A DNA stretch of 63,515 bases, filler included, from Perkinsus chesapeaki ATCC PRA-425 (Eukaryota; Protista; Perkinsozoa): NCBI GenBank assembly GCA_013115145.1. It is 6 parts of 6 records of this genome, joined end to end, with 100 filler letters (N's around TTAATTAATTAA, not from the genome) between each part and the next. Parts side by side here need not be neighbours in the genome. Positions count along the whole stretch, not along the records: positions 30,826 to 40,689 come from JAAPAO010000925.1; positions 40,790 to 51,984 come from JAAPAO010000855.1; 4 more parts are not named here. One strand, 5' to 3'. A program made the translations under genes and the position numbers. This document shows positions 33,337 to 45,770 of this stretch, in pieces. Under the pieces are notes generated by a model that was not told the origin of the DNA, searched no databases, and saw nothing but the letters and a program-made list of their open reading frames with translations. Every line of letters begins with the position of its first letter. The stretch's first letter is position 1.

Positions 33337-35292
33337 ATGCAGCCACCACCGCCGCCGCCACCGCCAGCTTCATCATCATCATCTACTTCTAGAAGACCAC
33401 AACATGATAAATGGTTATCGGGTTTATTATTATCATCACCAAGATCATTATCATGTAATAGATCTCATGAAGATAATGATAATAGAGGAGGAAGGAGAAG
33501 AACATTAAGAGGTCCTGATGGTGGTGATGGTGGTGATGGTGGTGATGATGATAGTACTAGCGTGAGAAGTGTATCACCAACATCATCATCACCATCTGTA
33601 AGAATACGTAATACTTTCTTACATTTTACAAATCAACAACAACAAGAACAAGAAGAACAACATGATTATAATATATTAACAGAATCAAGAAGAAGAACAA
33701 GAAGGACAAACATTCAACAAAAAGAAGAAGAAGATGCCAGCATAGGTGCTAATAACTCTGCTGGTAGTGGTAGATTTAACACTATTATTAATCCACCACC
33801 ACCACCGCATCTAACAACAACAGGAAGAAGAACAACAAATGATGAAACAAGAGAAATTAATAATGGTGGTGTTCATTATTGTTATTATGACGATCCTTCT
33901 TCTTATTCTTCTCTCTATCCTCATTCCCCTTCAGCATCATCATCTTCATCATCTTCTTGTTGCTCCTCTGGTTTTGCACCAACACCAGGTGCTGGTAGAA
34001 GTACTCCCCCTGGTGGTAATAGTGGTATTATTGCCCGAGTAGTAGTAGATGATATGATCAATGATATGATGATAATAAGTCCACGTGTTAGATCACAAAG
34101 TGATTGTTTAGATTTAAATAATCATATGCGTATTAGATTAGGCAGTAGTGCTGGTAATGATGATGATGATTATTATTTATTACAACAACAAAAAGAAGAA
34201 GACCAAGGAGATAGAGGAGGCGCACCAGTAGTAGGAGATAATATATTATATAATAACAAGGGGGGATATTATTATGATAATAAAAATAAACAAGAGGAAG
34301 AACGATCTGATAATTATGATAATAATAATAGTGATGATGGAGGAGAAGGAGGATTTGAGGATCTTGTTTTGGTTGTTGAGGAAGATCCACCGCAATTACG
34401 ACCATCACCGCCTCTACGTACGTCAATAGAGGGATCAGATAATGTGATAAGTGGTAAAGTACATCAACAAGAAGAAGAAGAACAATCCACCTCCATGAAA
34501 CCTTATTATGATAATAATAATTTGGGGCACCACCACCAGCGGCGGCAGTGGGAATCCTCCTCGTCATTATCATTGTATAATACTACAATAACATACGATA
34601 TTAATAAATCAACAAATAATAAAAGAATGATAAAAAAAAGTGATAATAATATAGGAGTAAATAATAGTAAAAAACAACATAATATTCATAATCTCATGGT
34701 TGGTGGTGGTGGTGGTGGTCGAGATCATAAAGAGACATATAATTTACCAGAATCTATGAAAACAACAGTAATGTTACGTAATATACCAAATAAATATACA
34801 CAAGGTATGTTATTAAATGTATTAATAAATGAAGGTTTTAATAATAAAATAGATTTCTTTTATTTACCAATTGATTTTCGTAATAAATGTAATGTTGGTT
34901 ATGCATTTATTAATTTATGTAATCATGATTATGCGATTCAATTTATGGATATATTTCATGGTTATAAATTAACTGGTTTTAATTCCCTTAAAGTATGTGA
35001 AACTGGTTTTGCTAGAATACAAGGTTTACAAGCTAATATTAATCATTATCGTAATTCACCAGTTAACGAGGTTATGATACCAGAATATCGTCCATTATTA
35101 TTTGATAATGGTATACAAATACCATTCCCATCTCCACAAGCAGTAGTATTATTATCTAATAATAATACATCATCATCATCATCTAATAATAATAATACAG
35201 GGAGTTACAATGATGGTGGTACATCGGTATTACATCATGGTATTAATTATGGTAAAAGTAATAAATATTATTATAATAATTCGGGTTATTAA
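33337..35292 (+). CDS. Mei2-like RNA-binding protein (C-terminal RRM_2/RRM3), single long ORF
   Basis: KTTVMLRNIPNKYTQGMLL...DFFYLPIDFRNKCNVGYAFINL...KVCETGFARIQG after about 470 aa of low-complexity sequence. Confidence 0.9.
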   Translation: MQPPPPPPPPASSSSSTSRRPQHDKWLSGLLLSSPRSLSCNRSHEDNDNRGGRRRTLRGPDGGDGGDGGDDDSTSVRSVSPTSSSPSVRIRNTFLHFTNQQQQEQEEQHDYNILTESRRRTRRTNIQQKEEEDASIGANNSAGSGRFNTIINPPPPPHLTTTGRRTTNDETREINNGGVHYCYYDDPSSYSSLYPHSPSASSSSSSSCCSSGFAPTPGAGRSTPPGGNSGIIARVVVDDMINDMMIISPRVRSQSDCLDLNNHMRIRLGSSAGNDDDDYYLLQQQKEEDQGDRGGAPVVGDNILYNNKGGYYYDNKNKQEEERSDNYDNNNSDDGGEGGFEDLVLVVEEDPPQLRPSPPLRTSIEGSDNVISGKVHQQEEEEQSTSMKPYYDNNNLGHHHQRRQWESSSSLSLYNTTITYDINKSTNNKRMIKKSDNNIGVNNSKKQHNIHNLMVGGGGGGRDHKETYNLPESMKTTVMLRNIPNKYTQGMLLNVLINEGFNNKIDFFYLPIDFRNKCNVGYAFINLCNHDYAIQFMDIFHGYKLTGFNSLKVCETGFARIQGLQANINHYRNSPVNEVMIPEYRPLLFDNGIQIPFPSPQAVVLLSNNNTSSSSSNNNNTGSYNDGGTSVLHHGINYGKSNKYYYNNSGY

Positions 35293-35417
35293 TAATTATC
35301 ATATTATAATACATAATATAATATATTGTATAGTTATTGATATCATCATCAACACCACCACCACTATATTATCTATACTAATTCAATATTGCGTTCATCA
35401 TTGAGTGAATATTAACA

Positions 35418-35668
35418 ATACTAAATAATAACGATAATAAAGCTATACCATCTGTTTGTAAAGACTTATACTAAATAATAACGATAATAAAGCTATACCA
35501 TCTGTTTGTAAAGACTTATACTAAATAATAACGATAATAAAGCNNNNNNNNNNNNNNNNNNNNNNNNNNNNNNNNNNNNNNNNNNNNNNNNNNNNNNNNN
35601 NNNNNNNNNNNNNNNNNNNNNNNNNNNNNNNNNNNNNNNAAGCTATACCATCCGTTTATACTAAATAA
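35418..35668 (+). repeat. 50-bp tandem repeat spanning an N gap
   Basis: Unit CTAAATAATAACGATAATAAAGCTATACCATCTGTTTGTAAAGACTTATA at 35421, 35471, 35521; resumes after the gap. Confidence 0.9.
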
Positions 35669-36454
35669 CACATGAGTATCAATTCAGTTAGGGTTCAGTC
35701 CCCCTGTTGTTATCGTAAATAAGCTGGTGCTGCTGCTGCTGTTGCATCGTGACCCATAGGCAGCCACTTCGCATCGTCTAGTTCTGCCGTCATTGGTAAA
35801 TGTACTATTTCCTGGTGTTTCGTTCGCAAATGTAATGTTGTGCCTATGCGACTCATTCGGGGGGGGCACAATGACATTTGTATATTAAAGCGGGATACCT
35901 GCCGATAGCCGTTACCGCCGCCATAACAACGGCGGCGGTTAATGTTAACAGATATTGTTATGTGTTCTGTGCCCCTCATCCTATACTTCTTATACCCTCA
36001 TTTATCATCAGAGTTCGAGAATAAACTTGCTGACTTGTTTAAGGAAGCCTTAAGCTGTTTTATTGGAGGTAATGATGAGGATGGCAAACGATACTGTATA
36101 CCATATTATACACAATGATCTACCTTATGATTATTTCAAAGCCATAACTACGTAAGTACTCGGTGGTATGCAGCAGTTAGTTATGTTAGAGAAGGAGGAG
36201 GAGGATTCTCATCGTCGTATTACATCCAATTGATAGTATATAAGTAATAATACTTAATCACTAACACAATTCATGTCAACATCAATGAGGTCAACCATTT
36301 TAATACAAATAGTAGTTGCTGTTTGTAGTAGTATTTATTATCAATAATGATGATGCAGTATATTAGATATAGAAGGTAAGTAATAACACCATGCAGCAGC
36401 AGAACCAGCAGCAGCAGAATCATCATAACACAAAATAATTATTATCATCATTAT

Positions 36455-37533
36455 TTAACTGGAGAATATAAATTTAGTACCCATTTTGAATGTATCATGG
36501 TCAGACTTTGATTTATTAGCCGCTTTAGGATTAATACTAATACCAACATTAGCAGTAACACCTCCACCACATATATAACTTACTAAAGCACGAGCCTTCA
36601 TATTATCAGATATAGTACCCTTAATATAAGTCTTATCATTAATATTATATTTAGCAGCAATAGCTAATTCTGGTTTATCAGCATATAATGTATATTTACC
36701 TTGTAAAGCAGCTTCTAAATCACCTTGTTTGGAATATAAACTTCCAGTAAAGTTAGTTTTACCATCACAGATATCGTATTGTGTTTTAGCAGACATAAAG
36801 TAATTATTATAAGTATAACCCATAGCAAGCAATAATTTAGAATGATCAAAGTCAATAGGACAATAACCAGCTAAACTAGCACCATTAATAAGTGGGGATT
36901 GAAATTGAGCACCAAAGGTTAAACCTTTATATAATTCACAACCAATATCTTCATTTAATGATGTTTTAGGACCATAAATATTCATATTCATATTATATTG
37001 AATATTAAATAAGTTTAGTTTGGAAACATCACCTTTATAAGTTAATGATACATTAGCAGAATCACCATTATTATTATCATGACCAATATGATTATATTTA
37101 CTTGATACCGTCATACCCTAATAATAATATATATATATATATATTGAATTATATCTCTATTATTACATTAATAGGTAAAGCTTTATATTTACCTTCCAAT
37201 GATGATTTACTACCATCAGTAGCATTACCTATTTATAAGTATATATATTATCAATCTTTTCAATCTATTATTACTATAAGTTATATCCATATCATTATTA
37301 GTATATTTAATCTCAGTTGTAGCTGATGTATTATTAACATGATTAGTGCACGGACATGATGTGAATGTAGTCTTATTCTTAAAGCTTAGTTTATCCTTTT
37401 TACTATTATTCTCTATCTCACAAGCCTAATTATAATCATTAATAATATCATTAATACTTATTACCTTTCCTTCACAGTATCCAGAATTGAACAGATCATC
37501 AGACTTCTTAGTAATATCTTTAAAGCTTGGCAT
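36455..37533 (-). CDS. VDAC: Mitochondrial porin (voltage-dependent anion channel)
   Basis: Exon 1 MPSFKDITKKSDDLFNSGY; SLEGKYK; long beta-strand exon ending ELAIAAKYNINDKTYIKGTISDNMKARALVSY...FKMGTKFIFSS*. Confidence 0.85.
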
Positions 37534-37880
37534 AATAATAATTATTAACACTAATAATAACAATAACTAATCATAACATAAACCGGTAATTAATTTACTA
37601 GCCTTAAAGCTAAGCTACGAGACGGGGGGCAGCATAAACGAGGAGGCGGGCGGGGGAATGCATGAACTGCATGAATACATAAATGACCTAAATGCATGAA
37701 AACAGTAGACGCGACAGTAACGGCGAGGGCGGGGCTAATCGTTGATGATGATGTTAGTTAGAATGAGGGTAGTTATTATTATATTATTATTAGATAATAT
37801 TATATATGGAATGGAATCTAATGTAATACTTATTATATTATAATTATATATAGATTCAGTATTAGGTAAATACTTCATTA

Positions 37881-38690
37881 TTGAGAGGTAGTACGTTATA
37901 TGATGATGAAGGTAATAATATAGGGGAAGGAGATAATAATATAGGGGAAGGAGATAATAATATAGGGGAAGGAGATAATAATATAGGGGAAGGAGATAAT
38001 AATATAGNNNNNNNNNNNNNNNNNNNNNNNNNNNNNNNNNNNNNNNNNNNNNNNNNNNNNNNNNNNNNNNNNNNNNNNNNNNNNNNNNNNNNNNNNNNNN
38101 NNNNNAGGGGAAGGAGATAATAATATGGTAAGTAGGACCCTAGTTGTTGTTGTGTAGTATATTAATATTTAGGATAATAATGATAGGAATGTTACAATAG
38201 AAGGACATGACAATAGAAGAGTAAGTTAACGACATGATGACTATGATGTTGATAAGGTTATTAGTAGGCTGTTGTTGTTGATGGTGATGATGATGATGAT
38301 GATGAATTAAGATGTGTAGTTAAAGCTAATGGTGGTAAGGATGGTGAAATACATATGTTATTTAATAATAATATTGGTACAATTACATCACTTATGTGTC
38401 GGAATAATAATGATAATTTATATAATGTATTGGAAGAAGGGTAATATTAATAATATGATATATTAATAATATATTATTTATATAGGTCATTATTATCTAA
38501 TCATATAAGAGATCATAAATTTAATATTGATAATAATTATTTTGAAGGAGTAGTAAGAGGCGGCGAGTTAGATTGCAATACTGCGGTTAATAGATTATTT
38601 AATATTATTAAACTTGATAAGCTTAACTTTAATATACAGCATGATAATAAATGGTTTGTTAAATCAATATGTTCAATGTTCACCATGTCT
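37881..38690 (+). CDS. Hypothetical multi-exon gene containing an NIGEGDN heptapeptide repeat
   Basis: Open segments ELRCVVKANGGKDGEIHMLF and SLLSNHIRDHKFNIDNNYFEGVVRGGELDC bounded by GT/AG; no family recognised. Confidence 0.4.
37908..38128 (+). repeat. 21-bp tandem repeat (AATATAGGGGAAGGAGATAAT) spanning an N gap
   Basis: At least 4 units before and 1 after gap 38008-38105. Confidence 0.9.
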
Positions 38691-38792
38691 TAATGATAAT
38701 TGGTACTGCCGATGCTGATGCTGATGCAGTTGTTGTTGTTGATATTAAGAGTAGTCATTGTGTTTATTAGTAATAGTGAAATAGTATTAGTT

Positions 38793-40204
38793 ATGGTCCA
38801 TAATAATGGAATACGTTCATTTAACCCAAAGTCATTACCAGAATGTAGGTAGTAATAATAATTATATTAATATAATTTATAATATTATTAATATATTATT
38901 AATAGTTATATAATTGGTTACGGTAGTGCTGTATTCAAACAGGCTAATAATAATAACAATAAAAAATACAGCAGCAGCAGCAGCTTAAAAAGTAATATGA
39001 CCGATTTATTGGTAGTAATAATATATCAATTATAATAATAATGATGTTGGTTATTATTAGATTATAACGAAAAATATTGGTAAATTTCATAAAGATAATA
39101 TTAATATGAATCCATCACACTATACCTACCCACTTAGTAAAATTAAGAATATTAAATATTTGGAGAATATAACTAATTATGGTGGTGGTGTATATTATAA
39201 TATTGGTGTTATGCTCAAACCTGGTAATATATATTGTAAATATGGTATAATAGATCATAATAATTTAATAAATGAATTAAATAATTGGGATTCATTGTAG
39301 TAATAATAAGAATATATATAATATAGTTTATTATTAATAGGTATATTAGTGGTAGATTACATAAACCAGTCGAAGATGTTTACATATATGATAAAAATGC
39401 ATGTAATAATAATATTAGTAGTAGTATGTTGAGATATAGGATCATAATATTATAATATTGTTATTAGTTAATGAATTTACTAAAGCATTACGTAATAATA
39501 GATTATCGGCATTAAGATGTGGTTTATTATTAATGCTATCATCATCATCGTCATCATCATCATCATCAAATATTAACAATAATACTATAGATAGGATATC
39601 TATTGGTAATATGGAAGATCTTTTAATATCAATATGTAGTTTATCATATATGGGTGATATAAGGGAAGGTGTTAAAGCTGAAGATCCTAATAAAATAAAT
39701 AATATAGTACATGGTCAATTTAATGAATTAATAAATATATATGTAATACAATTGTTACTAAGGGTTATGGATATATTATTATCAATAATACTAGGCACCA
39801 TTATTAAAAGAATGCGGTATAAGCACAGTCATCGAAGGTAGTGCAAGTGATAGTAAAGGGGGGGAAATAAATTTATATACACCATTATCATTTAATGGGG
39901 CTTATCTATATACCATAATACAATCATTACCACTAACAGTTAAAGATGGTATAGTTTATAATAATGGTATAATATATAATACTAATATAATCAAAAATAA
40001 TATAAGAAGATTAAATAGATGTTCATCGATAAAACAAGGAGGTAATCATAATAATAACGATGATGATGCCATGCAGTTGCATATTAATAATATATTTTAT
40101 TATCATTAGTTAAAGGTATAGCGACAAGTGGTTTATCAGAGAGTATATCCTATGCCAAACATAAATTTACAAAAGGCGGATGGGATATTAATAGTACTCA
40201 TTAA
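38793..40204 (+). CDS. TAM41: Mitochondrial phosphatidate cytidylyltransferase Tam41/Mmp37
   Basis: YIIGYGSAVFKQ; GGGVYYN...CKYGII...ELNNWDSL|YISGRLHKPV; SLSYMGDIR...AEDPNKINNIV; SSIKQG|VKGIATSGL..SISYAKHKF. Start codon uncertain. Confidence 0.9.
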
Positions 40205-40689
40205 TATTGCTGCAGCTGCTGTTATTGATGTTGTTGTTGTGTTATAATAGTAACATAAATAATTAGTATACTATAATAGTAATTATTCTTATGTTGTCAG
40301 TAGTTTGATTGATGATAAGGATGCAGCAGCTATACAACAGAACAACAGAAATATTTAGAAAAATATAGAACAACAAAACCGCCATCATCAACAACATCGT
40401 TACGAGAACCTCATCATGATCATCACTATGAGAAGGATAAATGGGAGAATAAGCTCCAGAGGACCAACCGGACTCTGTGAGAATCTGCTTATTCAGGTCA
40501 CTGGACTGCGCTCCTTTAACAGCCGGACTCGGAGGTAATTCCGTATACGGTCCCCGTAGAACAACTCAGTGTTGTTAACATAGGCCTTCTGCCGGACTCT
40601 GATGTATAATGTGTTTCACAGGTGGCCGGAGACGGGGCTGGAATGGGATTTATTGCACTAAAATTTTTACGACGGATTTGAGTTCTCCA

Positions 40690-40789
40690 NNNNNNNNNNN
40701 NNNNNNNNNNNNNNNNNNNNNNNNNNNNNNNNNTTAATTAATTAANNNNNNNNNNNNNNNNNNNNNNNNNNNNNNNNNNNNNNNNNNNN
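40690..40789. other. Artificial contig linker
   Basis: 44 N + TTAATTAATTAA + 44 N. Confidence 0.95.
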
Positions 40790-41196
40790 AGGAGACTTAC
40801 AGTGGCGATGATGCTAGCTTCTTGAGCTGCGCGCAGAACCCCTCAGGCCGCCGGTGCATCTTTGAGTTGCCGGTGCTAAGAAGACTTTGCCGCGGTCCAA
40901 AAGAGTATGCCGCTAACACAGACGACCTCCGACGAGAAGCCGGGCCAAATGATGGCATGCGTTGTCTGAGAGAAACTTCTAAAGCATTTCCAGGTCAAGT
41001 TAATTATTTACCCGGATTTTTAATAATTTACCCATTTTTTATAAAACATTACCCACGCTTTTAACAAATTACCCAAACGTTTAATGATACGCCTAAAGTT
41101 TAATTTACCAGGTCAATTTAATAACAAAAAAGGTCAAATTAAAGTAGCATTTTAAACATGTCTTTTAAACATGTCATGTCTAAACATGCAGACATA

Positions 41197-41245
41197 GAGG
41201 CAGACGATGATGAGGAAGACGGTCTTCCTCATCATCGTCTGCCTC
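41197..41245. repeat. Perfect palindrome, 24-bp arms, 1-nt spacer
   Basis: GAGGCAGACGATGATGAGGAAGAC-G-GTCTTCCTCATCATCGTCTGCCTC. Confidence 0.95.
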
Positions 41246-41393
41246 ATCTGAATCATCTGCCTACCACTCGTCTGGTTCGTCAAGCGACGAAGACGCGAGT
41301 CCGCTCCCCGTAGCCCCGAAGAGAAGGGGGCCCAAGAAGGGGGTGAAGCGAGGGGAGTATAACACGAAAATAACCACTGAAGCGGCAAGGCGC

Positions 41394-43848
41394 CTAATAG
41401 AAGCCAAGAGGGACGGCTCGGAGCCTTGGGATGATGTCAGCTTCACTAATACGAGCATGAACCTTGGAACATGTTCTGCTGTAGACTAGTTTAGACTTTC
41501 CAGGCGTCTGCCACAAGACACCCAGTAGTTGAGTTATAGTAGCAGCAGTAGTAGGAAACTGTTGCCGTGGAGAGCCCAATGTTGGCGCGCGCCCCGACAG
41601 AGATGATTCTGTGTTATAGCTGAAGCTGAAGTCATTATGTTTCACGTATTCGATGTATAATCGAGATCCTATCTCCTTTATCTAAAGTATTGTGTTGATC
41701 CTTAGATCATAGAAACTCGGACAGCCCAAAGATTTTCACTTACAAGCTCAGACTCGCAAACTCGCCGTATTCGTACTGGTCAAGCGGGACATCAATGAGC
41801 TTCTTCGGGGTCTATAAGAGGAAAGTGCCGGAAATGGAAAGCGAAAGAACGCCTACCACAACAAGTCCGAACAGGCAAGGCACAAACAGCACTGCTTGAA
41901 GGGAGAAGTTGAAGCGCCACGTTAGATATAGGCCGCCGCCGAACAGAGCTACAATGCCAGACACCTGAGACGGTGCTATTAGGGTATTGCCGAAGGAGCT
42001 CGGATATTGGGTAGCAGTAAAGATTTCAAAAAGGGTGGAACTCTCCTTGAGGTGGTGAGATGTCTTACCAAATATCCAAGCATCGCTCCGCCTGCTACAG
42101 CTATCTGAACATATCCCATCCATTGGGTTTGAGATTCAATTGGGGCAAACTCATCAACCCACACTGGCACCTAAAAGGGAATATCTTTAAACATTCGAAG
42201 AGTTTGGAAATGATAGAAGGATGTTGATTGATGGGATTATTACATAAATGATAGGAAATGACTGTGTTATACCAGTAATGAAACGGAAGATGTATCTGAA
42301 TCAGATCCATCAGATAATCTGATGGATGATCTGATCCAATTGGTGATGAAGGATGACATACACCAATCCTTTAGTCCTACTCATACTGAAAAACCATAGA
42401 GCGAGGGTCTCAATTATTATGGCAACCTGAAATCATTATTAAGTTTATAAAATCATCGACTTTATCAATACCATCATAATGAGCTTTGGGGAGAATCTTT
42501 GAAGTACATAACCTGCCACTGGCGAACCAACAGTTAATCCAGCAAATACCAACGCTCCGAGTAAGGACTGAAGGAGGATAAATAACGGGTAGAAATATCC
42601 ATCCGAGAGGTAATTAAAAGAGTTGATCTTCTTAATTAGTTTATTAATGATAATTCGATACCTCTGGTGGTGATTCAACAAACGGAGGATGAAACATAAC
42701 TTAGTTTAAATTATATTATTTAATCCATTCATTCTTCAATCTCACTTTGATTTCCCTACGTTGGATAGATATGTAAATTGACGACTTTGTCGGATTAATG
42801 TAATCTTCTTAAAGGGGCAATTGTATTCGGAAGCATTGAGTTATTTAATATTTCGTCATCTCATCATCACTGTTAAATTACAAGTGTAATTTATTAAATG
42901 TCTCTTCCCTTTATCCCTTTAATACCTGTTCTGTAAAATTCAATTTCATCTCCGCAGCGATATCAACCAATGCAGCTGGAATTGCACCATGATCGAAATT
43001 AAGTAGTAAAGTTGTAACAACCAGGAGGGCCTAAATTCATTATTTATATTTTATTTAGTTTATTTTTCTACCAAAGTTCTTCCTCGATGAGGTAAATGAT
43101 CAGTTTGATCATAACTGGGTAGAGTCAGAAGTGGAGGCCTAGAAGACGATCGACCAGTTGAAACTGAAGAATGGAATAATATAAATGATGTATTAAATCG
43201 ACAAGAATAATTGACGAAAATTATAATTGTTGACCGATTATCTTAAAAAGAGTTTGAAGTGCCTCCACACCTCACTCTGTTCGGTTAATAAGGTCATTTC
43301 AATTCCCTTTTGTGGCTCTCCCAGAATCTTTACATTTTCCAATGTTACGTGTCCAAGTAGCTGGATGAGTAGTGCGGGGCAAACCATCTCGTATATTTTA
43401 GGATGGGCTATCGGTTAATATCAAGTTTGGGAATTAAAAGTTATGAAGGCAATTCAACGCACCCTGTAGAATAATAATAATTGATATATAGTGCGGATGT
43501 GTTTCATTATTTATGATATTTAATATTACCTTCCTCTCCACTTCTAATTGTTGATATTTTATTTAACTCATCATCATTTTGTGATGTCATTGGTTATCAT
43601 TAACAATTACTGAATGATCAATGCTAATAAAGATCATCAAATAACAATACAATGCCAACTCAATGATGCCAATACACAAACACATACATAACCGAAATCC
43701 ACGAATCCACCATTAACCAGGGGAGAATTGTCCTTCTTCTATCCTCATCGCCCCGTCTAATCTGCCGGCCCGTGGTCGATGGCCACCCTCCGCACTCCAC
43801 AAACAAATTAACAACTCGATATAAATCGCTGGATAGCATTTTCTCCAC
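41394..43848 (-). CDS. Spinster-like MFS transporter, apparently only the N-terminal half
   Basis: LLLNFDHGAIPAALVDI; LLGALVFAGLTVGSPVAG; PVWVDEFAP...WMGYVQIAVAGG; TWRFNFSLQA; the following open frame stops at 41394 with no second MFS half seen. Confidence 0.75.
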
Positions 43849-44427
43849 GAGAAGTGAATCGACGAGCCCTTAGTGATGCCCGCGGAACTCTTGGACGCAA
43901 CTCAACAGCTACAGTTTTCGAAACGTCAATTCAGAATCCCATCCGTCCCGCAGCAGCAGCGGCCGCCGCCACGCCGGTGCCCGCCATCCCCTGATAGGCC
44001 TTTAGAGATCGGTCGAACTCCTTCTCCAACTGAGAACTATATCATTCAGGGGCCCAACTCGTTATTACTTGATCGCCTTTTGATCGGAGGGATTTCAGCG
44101 CTTCCTTCATCGCTTCCACTGGGGTTGTCTCTGAGAGACAACCCGATCAAAACTCACCCACTCCCAGATACCCTCCAAAGACGTTTTTGACCGACATAAA
44201 TTTATTATCGGAGACAGTTGAAATTTCGCCTGACTGGCGGCCATATATATTCAAAAATAAATGCGAGATTCAATTCAGCGAATCATTTCAGTTTCCAGCG
44301 TCTCCGAATCGAAGGCACTTTTCATTCCTAGATCCTCCCTAATTTCCATTGGTTTCCCACCCTAGCCTTACGAGACGTGACTTGCACTCGCATCAGTAAC
44401 TTGTTCTCCAATGGATGGGGTACCTGG

Positions 44428-45270
44428 TCACCGACATCCCAACACGTTCCCTCCCGAGAGCCTCACTTTGTACCCAGCAAACTTCACTTGGCGATTTCGC
44501 AACAATTCTGCCCTCAAGGCATGCGCCGCTGTGTGGTCTTCAAGCCATATCGTAAAGGTTCCAGTGTTATCTTGGCGCAACTCCGGCTCGTAATAACTAT
44601 CACAATTGAGAAGCTATGCGTAGCCCAACCCGGAATTTCGGAAAGCACACGACATCTCCTCGCAGGAGACTCCTCCCAATATCTTGACCCACGCAGCGAA
44701 ACGAAAAACAAGTGACGTTACCGTTGACAAGAGAATTTTCCTGTCAATGGGAGTCTCAACATAATTCCTCAGACTCACGGTTATGTCGCCCGTGGCGAAT
44801 CCTGCCAGGAGACCTTCGCCTTGCAATAGTGTGTATAGTTCATCACACCAGTCAGTATTAGAAAAGAGTAAGTTTTTGGTCAGGGTAAAGTAGGTAGAAG
44901 TTCTTCTCGTCTGTAATTCTAATTTTTCATTCTATCCAACAAAGAAAATTGGCAACATATCAAATAGTCCAATAACAACAGAACTTCCCTATTTCGGGAA
45001 TCGCTGCGGCTCGGAGGACTCACTACTAGAAACCATACCACATGCCTCAAAATTCTCCATTTCAAACATAAGGTTCATCGCCCACCGAAACCCTCCGTCA
45101 CGCGCCCCTTTATTACATCCGTCTCTCTCCGCCATGTAAATGCTCATCTCCTTCCGGCAACTGCAATATCTCATCCGGATCCGGTTTGTTCTCCGAGATC
45201 AACTGCCCTGCATGCATCGCCATGGTGAATAATAATAATACTGCTGCAGATAATAAGGTCGTTTCGTTAA
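44428..45270 (-). pseudogene. Decayed signal-peptide gene
   Basis: Hydrophobic TTLLSAAVLLLFTMAMHAG with no in-frame upstream ATG; frameshift in a (GA)n run near 45125, an apparent 1-nt slip in an A-run near 44875, and an in-frame TAG at 44614-44616. Confidence 0.5.
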
Positions 45271-45314
45271 TATTATATTGTGTCTGCGCGTGCTTAGCTA
45301 TCAATAGTCAGTCA

Positions 45315-45770
45315 TGAAACGGTTGATCGATTTAGTGTCATGTTCTTTTAATACCACTAGTCGCTTCACGTTCGAGCACTCAATATTGACTACAGGATAG
45401 TAGAAGTAAACTTTCTTCTACATGATTGCATCTACTATTCAACACCTTACCACAATTACTGTGTTATAGCAATCGCCAATAACACTTCATGACAACAACA
45501 ACTTCATACCAAAACTCAAAACTATTCAGCCTGAAATTGTACACCACTCACTCGGCCGCTCCTCGCTTTTTGCGCTCTCGTCGCAACGCGAAATCCATCA
45601 GTGGAATTCTGCACGGTACTGCACGCCGATACCTACAACAAAAAAACTGTCCCAATTCGCTATACAGATGACCAGATCCTAGTAGTCACCCCCCGTTGGC
45701 CACTGATCGATTGAGGCTGTTGGCCGTAAACAAGGTAAACTCAATTCTATCAAATCGATCAACCGTTTCA
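45315..45770. mobile_element. Candidate MITE, 456 bp, 19-bp perfect TIRs, TCA target-site duplication
   Basis: TGAAACGGTTGATCGATTT (45315-45333) / AAATCGATCAACCGTTTCA (45752-45770), flanked by TCA at 45312-45314 and 45771-45773; no coding capacity inside. Confidence 0.65.

Noticed and set aside
36455-40204. VDAC and Tam41 close together as a mitochondrial gene cluster
   Set aside because: Only two genes, with an unrelated gene between them; compatible with chance.
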